Below are positions 45,576-54,951 of a stretch of 64,000 nt of DNA, piece after piece (the stretch's first letter is position 1; the number at the start of each line of letters is the position of its first letter). The notes beneath the pieces were generated by a model. That model was not told where the DNA came from, ran no database searches, and saw only the letters and a program-made list of their open reading frames with translations. The stretch covers positions 1,217 to 65,216 of the forward strand of contig JARHZW010000055.1 in the NCBI GenBank assembly GCA_029264685.1. The letters are read 5' to 3'. This DNA is from Candidatus Limivicinus sp. Lineage in GTDB: Bacteria; Bacillota; Clostridia; Oscillospirales; Oscillospiraceae. The translations under genes and the position numbers were made by a program.

Positions 45576-47693
45576 TTACGGCGTTTCACCATATTGTTTC
45601 AGAAGCTCGGAAAGATCTGTTCCTTCCGCCAGATGTATACGAACCATGCGTATCCCAAGGAAGTTTTCCTTTTGACAAACCACAAATTCCACTCCGGCAT
45701 CTACCAGATCACACACTTCATCGTTCACATTCAGTTCCATTTCCTTCCCGTCATCAAGCAGCAGCGTCAGGGTTCTTGCTCCGTTATCTTCGCTTTCACT
45801 TTCGTTTTGTTCCACAACAACCGCAGGGTAATGCCGGGCAGGTTCGGAAATGGCCAGATTCAGGCCGTATGTAAGCGAAATGGCAACGAGAAAAAGACTC
45901 AGTATAATTAAGCCCAGTCCGTCTTCTTTGCGAAGACGTTTAGGTGTGCGGAAATAAAACAATGCAATCAGCACCGCCGAAACAGCCGCTGCCAGAAGCA
46001 TAAACCGTCCGGTGTCTGCAATCTGCAAAATTGCAGATTCCCAGAAATAATATACACTGCCCGCAACAAACAAAGAGATTAGGCCTTGGCATGACACAGG
46101 GAAGCGCACATGCATTGCCTTCCATTCTTCCGTTGCGCCCTCCGGATAGTCCGGTGTCAGAACGGGCGCAAAAACAAGGTAATACAAAATCATCGGCAGG
46201 GAGGAAAAGCACGCCAGATAAATTTCATATTTGTATTTAATGTCTGTATAAATATACAGTAAAACAGGCACGATGGCACCGGCGGCAAACAGCACCATAA
46301 CCACCGCAAGGCCTGCACGGATTGCTTTAAGATGGTCGTGCAGAGGTGTGCGGTCCTCCTCATTCCATGACAGCACCTCCTGGCCTTCGCTGTCCTTTAC
46401 CTGCTTTTCAAAAGTTTTGGGGATATTTACAGGAAATTTCTGCCGGTCTATCCAGTCAATGGCGCTGATTGCGCCCAGCATATTGTTTTCTATGGAAAAC
46501 AGCTTTTTTCCCTCATGATTCAGGAACTTAATCGAGCCGGAGACGGCGATTTTTACGGATGAGATCTGAGCACACTCAATTTCACGTTTTCTTCCGAAGC
46601 TGCTTACATATGTAACAGATGAAGAGTAAATATATAAAGCACGGTTTCTCCGTGCAAGGCACATCCATGCCCCCAGCAGCACATTAAGCAGCCCAAACAT
46701 AGTAAGTATAGCAAAAAGCACCGGCTCGACCGGCTCATCAGACGAAACAGCAAGAGCCCCGAAAATTAAAACAAGACCTAAACCTTCAGCAATAAGCCCT
46801 ACGACTTCCACAAGCTTTCTCTCGCAGACTATGATTTTAGGAGTTATGGTGCTATCAGTGTCCTTTTCACGGCAAAGCAGGAGGGCAAGCCCCGTAAAGG
46901 CCGTTATCAGAAGTGTCACAGCATTTGTTATCAGCATCGCCTGAACGGGACTTGACACCGTAAGAAACCACGAACCGCCTAAAAGCAGAGCAAAGGCCAG
47001 CAGCAATATGCCGCAGACACGGCAGGCTTTCTTTCCGCCACGCTCAGGTATTTCCTGCGGAAAAACAAAGGCTCCATCCTCGACCGATTGGAAATCCTCT
47101 TTCATTTTCTGCACCAGCTCTTCATCAAGCAGAGAAGTGCCGCATTGAGGGCAGGCAGAAACGGCTTTGGCCCAGGGCAAAAGTTTCTTTGAATCCATAG
47201 GCAGTCTTGCGCCGCAGTGTGGGCACACCCAGTTACGCTTAAAAACATTTCCGCAGGCGATCCGTGCAGGAATCACAGCCAGAAGCGGTATAATAAGCAG
47301 AGCCGCCAAAAGTGAAACCGGTCCAAGCTCCATTACAGCGCACAGAAGCAGCATAATCGTCATTACCGCTGCCGCTGTATAAACAACAGTACGCAGTTTT
47401 CCCGATGCGGTTTTTACTGCCCCTGAATAAACGGAATTGCAGTTTTGCTCATCCTCCTGCATAAAAATGATGAATTCCTCTATTGCGGCATAAAGCCGGT
47501 CACTGCTTTTAATATCCTCCTCATCCAACAGCTCATCAAATATAAAGGTACTTACATGAAAACCGTTTACCTCTATTCTGCCAAAGGGCAGCCTTACCTC
47601 CAGACTGTCCCCGTTCTGAACACTTTCGTACTGGGGATAATTTGTTTTCAGCCTTTCGGCAGTCTCCCTTAGATTTTTCATTTTCGTACTCAT
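45576..47693 (-). CDS. Hypothetical 705-aa polytopic membrane protein with an embedded CxxC..CxxC zinc ribbon, a PH-like loop domain and a soluble C-terminal domain (gene 1)
   Basis: About 11 predicted helices. Zinc ribbon CPHCGARL..(18)..CPQCGTSL at residues 157-184. GAAGGAG RBS 9 nt upstream of the ATG at 47693. Confidence 0.8.
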   Translation of the reverse strand: MSTKMKNLRETAERLKTNYPQYESVQNGDSLEVRLPFGRIEVNGFHVSTFIFDELLDEEDIKSSDRLYAAIEEFIIFMQEDEQNCNSVYSGAVKTASGKLRTVVYTAAAVMTIMLLLCAVMELGPVSLLAALLIIPLLAVIPARIACGNVFKRNWVCPHCGARLPMDSKKLLPWAKAVSACPQCGTSLLDEELVQKMKEDFQSVEDGAFVFPQEIPERGGKKACRVCGILLLAFALLLGGSWFLTVSSPVQAMLITNAVTLLITAFTGLALLLCREKDTDSTITPKIIVCERKLVEVVGLIAEGLGLVLIFGALAVSSDEPVEPVLFAILTMFGLLNVLLGAWMCLARRNRALYIYSSSVTYVSSFGRKREIECAQISSVKIAVSGSIKFLNHEGKKLFSIENNMLGAISAIDWIDRQKFPVNIPKTFEKQVKDSEGQEVLSWNEEDRTPLHDHLKAIRAGLAVVMVLFAAGAIVPVLLYIYTDIKYKYEIYLACFSSLPMILYYLVFAPVLTPDYPEGATEEWKAMHVRFPVSCQGLISLFVAGSVYYFWESAILQIADTGRFMLLAAAVSAVLIALFYFRTPKRLRKEDGLGLIILSLFLVAISLTYGLNLAISEPARHYPAVVVEQNESESEDNGARTLTLLLDDGKEMELNVNDEVCDLVDAGVEFVVCQKENFLGIRMVRIHLAEGTDLSELLKQYGETP

Positions 47694-47854
47694 ATGCCTG
47701 CTCCTTCGTCTTATGTGTCACCAATCTCTGATTTTGTTTTCTCCCGCAAAGTCAGATTTATTGATGAAAGTATACCATGCAGCGCCGGAAATTTACAGCA
47801 GTTTTTTCAATATTTCAGCCCTTTTTCGCAAATTATTCGTGCAGTATAAAGAAG

Positions 47855-47896
47855 AAAAAAACAGTCGTGGTTTTTAGACTCCATGACTGTTTTTTA
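47855..47896. terminator. Bidirectional terminator separating the GDPD operon from the five-gene operon promoter region
   Basis: aaaaaa-acagtcgtgg-tttttagact-ccatgactgt-ttttt. Confidence 0.8.
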
Positions 47897-47933
47897 TTGG
47901 CATTTATTCAAATTTCTGAATAATTATACGGGC

Positions 47934-48128
47934 TTATTCCTCATTTTTCTCTTCTTTGCCCTCTTCATCCCTGTCTCCGTGAGGAAAGCCTTTGACCATA
48001 AGTATTATTCCCAGTATAAGGAACAAATTGGCAAATATCAAGGCAGTTGAGCTTCCCACCAGATAATACAAGGCCACGGCGGCAAATATAAGAATAAGAC
48101 CCAGAAGTTCTGATTTGATTTTCATCAT
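47934..48128 (-). CDS. 64-aa two-TM protein with an acidic tail
   Basis: LLGLILIFAAVALYYLV and ALIFANLFLILGIILMV. Lies 14 nt after the GDPD stop. Confidence 0.55.
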   Translation of the reverse strand: MMKIKSELLGLILIFAAVALYYLVGSSTALIFANLFLILGIILMVKGFPHGDRDEEGKEEKNEE

Positions 48129-48142
48129 TTCCAGACTCTTTC

Positions 48143-48967
48143 TTATTTATACTGGAGTCTGGGCTTGTAGAACTCGAATATAACAGCGTCTCTGCCCTTT
48201 TCATTTCTGGGTTCGTGAGAAGTCCAGCCTACCTTTATGGCACCCATCATCTCGGAAAGGCGGACAGTTAAAGGCCGTCTGCCGATTTTATAGGCTATGA
48301 AGTTAGGTCTTGCCACAAAGTTCAAAAGAGTATTGCTCAGTACAAAGCGCTGAATTTTAGGCAGCATATGGTACTCCTCCTGAGGAGCGGCCAGCTGACC
48401 TCTGAGCATATCCTTTGCGTGGAATCTGAACCAGGCCACTATAAAGGGGTTAAAGCTTTCAACGCACACATCCCCTCTGTACTGTTCCAGAATAGCATAG
48501 GTCTTTTCACACAGCTCACGGTTGCGCTTGCCGGTTTTAAGCTCCACTATCAGCGGACCTCTGCCCCTTATCACGTCAAGCACTTCCGTGAAGAGAGGAA
48601 TAGTATATTCTGAGCCGCAAAGGCGAAGCTCCCTAAGCTCATCCAGTGTTTTCTCGTCAACTCTTGCATTAACGCCGCACACTCTGTCCAGCGTATCATC
48701 ATGGAATACCACAACCTGACCGTCACGACTGAGCTGCACGTCAAGCTCTATGCCGTACCCGTTTTCAGCTGCTATGCGGAAAGCCTCAAGAGAGTTTTCC
48801 GGTACGGACTTATCCCTTGAGTGCAGGCCTCTGTGGGCAAAATTTCTGCCCACAAAGGGCGCTTTCTGCCGTCTTGAAGCACGCCCCGGAGCCACGGCCA
48901 GCAGCGGAAGGGCAGCAGCGGCCACACCAACGAGTAAAGCATTTCTTGTTTTCTTCTCCATTTTCAT
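48143..48967 (-). CDS. Membrane-anchored glycerophosphodiester phosphodiesterase
   Basis: FAHRGLH..ENSLEAF..GIELDVQLSRDGQVVVFHDDTLDR. N-terminal hydrophobic anchor. Confidence 0.9.
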   Translation of the reverse strand: MKMEKKTRNALLVGVAAAALPLLAVAPGRASRRQKAPFVGRNFAHRGLHSRDKSVPENSLEAFRIAAENGYGIELDVQLSRDGQVVVFHDDTLDRVCGVNARVDEKTLDELRELRLCGSEYTIPLFTEVLDVIRGRGPLIVELKTGKRNRELCEKTYAILEQYRGDVCVESFNPFIVAWFRFHAKDMLRGQLAAPQEEYHMLPKIQRFVLSNTLLNFVARPNFIAYKIGRRPLTVRLSEMMGAIKVGWTSHEPRNEKGRDAVIFEFYKPRLQYK

Positions 48968-49152
48968 ACCTCCGTTACATCGAAGTATAATTGCTCAATG
49001 CAATCTTATATTCACATACCAAACTATGTTACAGTAAATATATATTACCACTTCATACATATTCAAGTCAATTTTTAGTTATATATGGTACTTGTATATT
49101 TTATGAATATATTGTAAAATCAATCTTACAACTAAGAAACGGAGTCAATTGA

Positions 49153-50496
49153 ATGAATCAACTCAAGCTAAACAACAAACGCACTATTCTTGTAGGTCTT
49201 GCATTTCTGTCAATAAGTGCTTTCTGGCAGATGTATGACAACATCGTCCCCTTGATACTCACAAACACTTTTCACCTGAATGAAACATTTTCCGGTGCAA
49301 TAATGGCCGCCGACAACATTCTTGCGCTCTTCCTTCTGCCTCTGTTCGGCAGCATTTCCGACCGCACGGATACCAAAATAGGCAGGCGTATGCCCTTCAT
49401 TCTTTTTGGTACAGGCTGTGCAATTATTCTTCTGAACATTCTGCCTTTACTGGATAACAGCTTTGCCGCCGCCCCCTCCACCTTCAAGCTGGTATCCTTT
49501 GTTATAGTTCTGGGACTTCTGCTTCTGGCTATGGGAACTTACCGCTCCCCCGCCGTGGCTCTTATGCCCGACCTTACCCCCAAGCCCCTCCGCTCCAAGG
49601 GCAACGCCATAATAAACCTTATGGGTTCTCTTGGCGGTATGCTCTATCTTATGGTTGCAGCAGTCATGTACCCCAACTCCAAGGTGCAGGGTCTTGAGCA
49701 CGTTAACTATCAGCCTCTTTTCATGGTTGTTGCATCCATCATGTTCGTAGCGGTGGGAATCCTTTTCATCACCATCAAAGAGCCTAAGATTGCCGCTGAA
49801 AACAAAGCTCTTGAAGCAAAGCATCCCGAATGGGATCTGGCTAAAGACGACGGTTCAGGCAACGAGGTTCTCCCGAAAGAGGTAAAGCGTTCTCTGGGCT
49901 TTCTGCTGGCCTCCATTGCACTGTGGTTTTTCGGATACAACGGAGTTACCACATGGTTTACCACCTATGTAAGCAAGGTCATGGGTCAGGGTCTGGGCGG
50001 CGCTTCTACCTGCCTTATGGTTGCAACTGCAGGCGCAATAGTTTCCTTTATTCCCATAGGCATTGTATCTTCAAAGCTGGGCAGAAAGAAAACTATTTTG
50101 TGCGGAGTTGTCCTGCTGGCGGTATGCTTTGCTCTGGGCTTTATCCTCACCACGCTTTACAGCACCATAAACTTCGTTATGTTCATCGTTTTTGCTCTGG
50201 TCGGTCTTGCATGGGCTGCCATCAATGTTAACTCTCTGCCCATGGTTGTTGAGATGTGCAAGGGCTCGGATGTAGGTAAGTTCACCGGTTATTACTACAC
50301 TGCCTCCATGGCAGCTCAGGTGGTAACTCCCATCTTTGCCGGTACTCTCATGCGCCATGTGGGCTACAAAGTGCTTTTCCCCTACGCCGCTTTCTTTGTG
50401 GCAATGAGCTTTGTAACCATGCTTTTTGTTAAGCACGGCGATGCAAAGGTTGAAGCCAAGCACGGTCTCGAGGCATTCGAGGACTTAGACGACTAA
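49153..50496 (+). CDS. MFS transporter
   Basis: 447 aa, 12 helices, with the loop 2-3 motif GSISDRTDTKIGRRMPF. Confidence 0.85.
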   Translation: MNQLKLNNKRTILVGLAFLSISAFWQMYDNIVPLILTNTFHLNETFSGAIMAADNILALFLLPLFGSISDRTDTKIGRRMPFILFGTGCAIILLNILPLLDNSFAAAPSTFKLVSFVIVLGLLLLAMGTYRSPAVALMPDLTPKPLRSKGNAIINLMGSLGGMLYLMVAAVMYPNSKVQGLEHVNYQPLFMVVASIMFVAVGILFITIKEPKIAAENKALEAKHPEWDLAKDDGSGNEVLPKEVKRSLGFLLASIALWFFGYNGVTTWFTTYVSKVMGQGLGGASTCLMVATAGAIVSFIPIGIVSSKLGRKKTILCGVVLLAVCFALGFILTTLYSTINFVMFIVFALVGLAWAAINVNSLPMVVEMCKGSDVGKFTGYYYTASMAAQVVTPIFAGTLMRHVGYKVLFPYAAFFVAMSFVTMLFVKHGDAKVEAKHGLEAFEDLDD

Positions 50497-50515
50497 ACTA
50501 ATCATCTCCATGTAG

Positions 50516-50548
50516 GGAGCGATATTGGATTATGATCCGTATCGCTCC
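50516..50548 (+). terminator. Terminator after the MFS gene
   Basis: ggagcgata-(15 nt)-tatcgctcc followed by ttattt. Confidence 0.6.
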
Positions 50549-50632
50549 TTATTTCATCAAAAAAAGCAATTCTACTTCCATTCGGTTGCATAATTTGCCC
50601 TTGTATCGTAAAATTTTTTCGAGGTGAACGCA

Positions 50633-51385
50633 ATGTATGAAATTGACAAGAAAGAATTCGGCGCATATATTTCCCGTCTTAGAAAGAACAAGGGCTGGAC
50701 TCAAAAGGATTTGGCCGAAAAGCTGTACATTTCCGATAAAGCCGTGAGCAAGTGGGAAACGGGAGTGAGCATTCCGGATACCGCACTATTGATCCCGCTC
50801 TCAGAATTATTCGGCATAAGCACAACGGAGCTTTTGACCTGCGGTCAGGCCACAGAAAATTCCATGGAGCCTCAGCAGGTAGAGGACATAGTAAAAACCG
50901 CCATTTCGCTTTCGGATAAAAAAGCTCAAAGGATATACAAAGATAAAGGTCCTTTCAAAATAATATATCCTGTTTCCGTTCTGACAGGGGGAATATTCTG
51001 TGCCTTAAATTACTATTTGGGGCTTGATTCAAGCACAGTATTGACCGCCATGATTTTAGCCGTTGTATTCGGTGCCTATTTCTGTTTATTCGCCGTCAGC
51101 AGACTGCCGAAATTTTACGACGAAAACAAAATCAGCGGAATGGCCGACGGATTTTTAAGAATGAATGTACCCGGCCTGTATTTCAACAATTCAAACTGGC
51201 CCCATATACTTAATGTTGGAAAAATCTGGTCATGCCTTATGGCTGCGGTTTACCCTGCTCTCTGCTTTCTGGCCGGCATCTTCGGCCTTGACTTCTTTTT
51301 CAGCTGTGAGCTTTATATTTTTCTGTTTCTCTGCTTAGGCGGCTTGTTTATTCCCCTGTATTTTGTGGGCAAAAAATACCAGTAA
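50633..51385 (+). CDS. Membrane-tethered XRE-family HTH regulator
   Basis: HTH GWTQKDLAEKLYISDKAVSKWETG followed by about 4 TM helices. ATG at 50633 follows GAGGTGA. Confidence 0.8.
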   Translation: MYEIDKKEFGAYISRLRKNKGWTQKDLAEKLYISDKAVSKWETGVSIPDTALLIPLSELFGISTTELLTCGQATENSMEPQQVEDIVKTAISLSDKKAQRIYKDKGPFKIIYPVSVLTGGIFCALNYYLGLDSSTVLTAMILAVVFGAYFCLFAVSRLPKFYDENKISGMADGFLRMNVPGLYFNNSNWPHILNVGKIWSCLMAAVYPALCFLAGIFGLDFFFSCELYIFLFLCLGGLFIPLYFVGKKYQ

Positions 51386-51389
51386 GCAT

Positions 51390-51430
51390 AAAAATACGGT
51401 TCGGTGCATATGCATCGAACCGTATTTTTT
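51390..51430. terminator. Bidirectional terminator
   Basis: aaaaatacggttcggtgcat-atgcatcgaaccgtattttttt. Confidence 0.85.
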
Positions 51431-53547
51431 TACTGCTTCTGTTCGGCAAGATAAATACCCGCTCTGCTCTGTATCATCTGTACCGTTTCATCGAGAGGCT
51501 TCTGGTCTGCAAAATACTTCTGCGCTTCTTCCATTATAATATCGCTCACTGCGCTCATTTCGCCAAACTTAGTGGAAGAGGCAATAACCGCTTTTAGTTT
51601 TGCTCCGTCCTGTTCTGTAGTGTCGCTGAACTCTGAATTTGCTTCCCATTTCAGACACTGGTCAAAGTTCTTCTCCATTACCGGATAACCAAATCCGGCA
51701 AGCTCTGCCTGCACCTCATAGGAAAGCAGGATTTTTATAAACTCCCATGCAGCTTCTTTATTTTCGCTGTCTGCCAGAATGGAATATCCGCCAACGGAGC
51801 TTAAAAGATAGTTTATGCCGCCCTCAGAGCTTGGGAAGCCTATGTATTCGTAATCGCCGAAAACCTCTCTGCTCATCCTCGGTGTATTATGTCCGGCATA
51901 GCAGGGTTCGATGGCATACTTTTCGCCTTCATCATAGTTAAACGGCTCTGTATTTTTTATAAGCTCAAGCCACTGGGCAAACTCCGGATTATCAAAAGAG
52001 CAGGTACCGTCGCTCTTGTTTATAAACCTGACGCTTGCATAATGGCACAGATATTCCATAAGCGCTTCTTTATTGCGGCCAAAAAGCTTACAGCCCTCAG
52101 GCAGGTTTGCTTGCAGTTCAAGAAGGCTGTCCATATCCCATTTTTCAAGTCCGTCTGCGTATTCCTTTGGTGCTGCTATGCTTATGGCCTGAATTGCAGG
52201 GTGTACGGCATAAATATGCCCGTCCTCGGTCATAGACTCAAGAACACCGGGCAGGAAATCCTCCTTTTTAATGTCCTCATCCGCTTCCAGATAGGGCATC
52301 AAATCTTCAAAAAGATTGCTGCCCACATTTACTCTGGTGAAAGCACTCTCCCTGTCGGTGGTGCTGCCTATGAAGAACACATCAGGCCCCTCTCCCGCTA
52401 TAATTTCCGTTAGGATTTTATCCGCCTCGTCCTGTTCATATATTTTTTCCCGAATTATATAATCCTGATTTTCACGGTTAAACTTCGCAATGGCATTATT
52501 CGTATAAACTCCGCCTACTCCCATGCCGGAAGAAACCACCAGTTCTTTTCTGCTCCCCCCTTCATGGGGATAAACTTTGTATATGTAATTCTTGTTTTGG
52601 CCCATGCCCTTATCCAGCAGGTAAATTTCGCCGTTTTCCGCAGCGTACACGGAGGATACCCCCAGCGCAGCCGCCACACCTATATCGTGCCATTTAAGCA
52701 GCTCCACGCTCTCTCCGCTCTCGGTGTTTATGGTTTTTGCAGACTCATTATCCATAAAAAGCAGCGGGCCTTCACTTGCATAAGATGCGTACTCAATGTA
52801 AGGTTTAAAGCCATCCTTTATTTCACACAGCTTTTTAAGCTCGCCCGTTTCAGTGTCCAGTTCTGCAAGATAGTTTTCATTTTCACCCTCTATCCCCAGC
52901 AGAGCCTTGCCCTGAACTATGGCTCCGAAGCGTACCGTATCCTCTATGGAAGCGACTTCGGTGCCGTCCGGCTTAATCACCATGGCCATCTGGTTTGCAA
53001 TACATATAAGCTTGTCTCCGCATATCAGCCACTGGGGCTGGAACATATCTTCAAGTCCCTCCAGCTTACACTCAGCTTTCTTCTCGCCGCTTTCCTTATC
53101 AACTGTCAGCAGCATTTTGACTTCTCCGTTTTCCTCATCCCAGGAAGATGTCATTATATAGAGATTGCTCTCGTCGGCAAGAAGCCCCTGGATTTCAACA
53201 AATCCGCCCTCAGGATCGGCTTGTGTCTGAAAGTCGATTTTCTTCCACTCCGTTTTTTCCATAGGCGTTGAAAAAATCTGCGCTGTCCCCTCTGCGTCCG
53301 TTCCCAAAAGATATATGCTATCGCCGAAAATGTTCATAGCGCTCAGATAGCTAACTCCGTCGGGTATGGGTATGGAAACGGCTGCATAATTTATTGCTAC
53401 GCCGCCCTCTGCTTCGGTCTCTTTTTCCGTGGTTTCACCTTGCGGCACTTCTTTTTTCTCGGGTTCTTTTCCTCCGCAGGCCCCGAGAGAGAGCATTATT
53501 GCGGCAGTCAGCAAAAGGCATAAAAGAGTTTTTAATTTATTTTTCAT
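51430..53547 (-). CDS. Lipoprotein: N-terminal repeat (propeller-like) domain fused to a family-1 extracellular solute-binding domain. No permease or ATPase genes adjacent.
   Basis: Lipobox MLSLGACGG. The C-terminal roughly 380 aa look like an SBP (..GEGPDVFFIGS..AIQAISIAAPKEY..). ATG at 53547 follows AAGGAGA. Confidence 0.75.
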   Translation of the reverse strand: MKNKLKTLLCLLLTAAIMLSLGACGGKEPEKKEVPQGETTEKETEAEGGVAINYAAVSIPIPDGVSYLSAMNIFGDSIYLLGTDAEGTAQIFSTPMEKTEWKKIDFQTQADPEGGFVEIQGLLADESNLYIMTSSWDEENGEVKMLLTVDKESGEKKAECKLEGLEDMFQPQWLICGDKLICIANQMAMVIKPDGTEVASIEDTVRFGAIVQGKALLGIEGENENYLAELDTETGELKKLCEIKDGFKPYIEYASYASEGPLLFMDNESAKTINTESGESVELLKWHDIGVAAALGVSSVYAAENGEIYLLDKGMGQNKNYIYKVYPHEGGSRKELVVSSGMGVGGVYTNNAIAKFNRENQDYIIREKIYEQDEADKILTEIIAGEGPDVFFIGSTTDRESAFTRVNVGSNLFEDLMPYLEADEDIKKEDFLPGVLESMTEDGHIYAVHPAIQAISIAAPKEYADGLEKWDMDSLLELQANLPEGCKLFGRNKEALMEYLCHYASVRFINKSDGTCSFDNPEFAQWLELIKNTEPFNYDEGEKYAIEPCYAGHNTPRMSREVFGDYEYIGFPSSEGGINYLLSSVGGYSILADSENKEAAWEFIKILLSYEVQAELAGFGYPVMEKNFDQCLKWEANSEFSDTTEQDGAKLKAVIASSTKFGEMSAVSDIIMEEAQKYFADQKPLDETVQMIQSRAGIYLAEQKQ

Positions 53548-53763
53548 AATTCGGTCTCCTTTTTTGTTTATAACTATAGTAACGGAAAGTGCGGAAGAAA
53601 GCAACAAAAATTTTTTACTTTCCCTTATTTTTATATTTTACTACCTTATTGTATCAATTCGGCATACTTTTTGTATAGATTTTGTATACCTGCATAATGT
53701 TTTTCAAAATTTGTTTTTATATTTCCAAAATGTGAATTTTCCGCTGCTGACGGGGTGAAACTA

Positions 53764-53840
53764 TTGACAAAGCACCGTGCCGGTGGTATATTAGCACTCG
53801 ACAGTTAAGAGTGCCAACAGTCAGGCATTGAGAGTGCTAA
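53764..53840 (+). promoter_or_regulatory. Sigma-A promoter plus CIRCE (HrcA operator) of the dnaK operon
   Basis: TTGACA (53764-53769), 17 nt, TATATT (53787-53792). CIRCE TTAGCACTC-gacagttaa-GAGTGCcAA at 53791-53817 has one mismatch. An extra exact right half GAGTGCTAA lies at 53832-53840. Confidence 0.9.
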
Positions 53841-53862
53841 AAGGATCAGACAGGTATTTGAA

Positions 53863-54951
53863 ATGGAAATCAGCGAAAGAAAAAAGAAAATACTTGCAGC
53901 AGTGGTAGACGAATATATCCGCACTGCCGAACCGGTCGGAAGCAAGGTCATTGCTGAAAACGCCGGTCTTGGCTGCTCCTCGGCCACCATCAGAAATGAG
54001 CTGGCAGAGCTTGCGGCCCTGGGATATCTGGAACAGCCTCACACTTCCGCCGGTCGTGTCCCCACTCCTATGGGCTACCGCATGTATGTAAACGAGCTTA
54101 TGGAAAAACAGCGTTTTTCCATTGAGGAGACCGATGACCTGAACCGCCGTTTAAACCAGAAGCTCCAGGAGCTTGACGACACTATTTCAAATGTCAGCAA
54201 GCTTGCATCCCAGCTCACCGATTATCCGGCACTGGCTCTCACCGCCCAGCAGGCTCCGACAATAAAGCGTTTCGATCTCATTTATGTGGATGCAAATACT
54301 TTTATAATAGTTGTTATGCTAAGCGGTAACACCGTCAAAAACAAGCTTGTTCACCTGCCCATTTCGGTGGATCAGAAAATGGTGCAGCGTCTCTCCTCAC
54401 TTTTTAATTCCAACTTTACCGGAATTACGGAGGACCAGATAACGCCGTTTCTTATAAATGCCACCGAAAGAGCTTCGGATGACACCATGGGGCTTACCTC
54501 TGTTATAGCAGCTTTTGCAATAGAGGTTTTAACCGAGGCAAACACACCCGAAACCTCCGTTTCCGGCGCAAACAGGCTGTTGAGTCTGCCCGAGTACAGA
54601 GACCCTGATAAAGCTCACAAGCTCATGAATTACCTGTCATCAGGCGGAGAATGTATTCTTCCGCCGTCAGGAAGCTTGACCGGCTGTGACGAGGTCAGAG
54701 TGCTCATAGGGCCGGAAAATGTGGCGGAAGAGCTTAAAGACTCCAGTGTGGTACTTGCAAGCTATGACGCCGGAGACAACACCAGAGGTCTTATAGGTGT
54801 TGTTGGGCCAACCAGAATGGATTATTCGGCAGTTGCTGCAAAATTGAGTTTCCTTGCTGCCGGTCTTTCACGCAGGCTTGGCGGAGGAGATGCTCCTCCG
54901 GAGGGTATGCACAATAAATTGATAATAAAGGGAGATGAGCCCAATGAGTAA
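53863..54951 (+). CDS. hrcA: Heat-inducible transcription repressor HrcA
   Basis: ERKKKILAAVVDEYIRTAEPVGSKVI. 362 aa, first gene after CIRCE. Confidence 0.95.
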   Translation: MEISERKKKILAAVVDEYIRTAEPVGSKVIAENAGLGCSSATIRNELAELAALGYLEQPHTSAGRVPTPMGYRMYVNELMEKQRFSIEETDDLNRRLNQKLQELDDTISNVSKLASQLTDYPALALTAQQAPTIKRFDLIYVDANTFIIVVMLSGNTVKNKLVHLPISVDQKMVQRLSSLFNSNFTGITEDQITPFLINATERASDDTMGLTSVIAAFAIEVLTEANTPETSVSGANRLLSLPEYRDPDKAHKLMNYLSSGGECILPPSGSLTGCDEVRVLIGPENVAEELKDSSVVLASYDAGDNTRGLIGVVGPTRMDYSAVAAKLSFLAAGLSRRLGGGDAPPEGMHNKLIIKGDEPNE

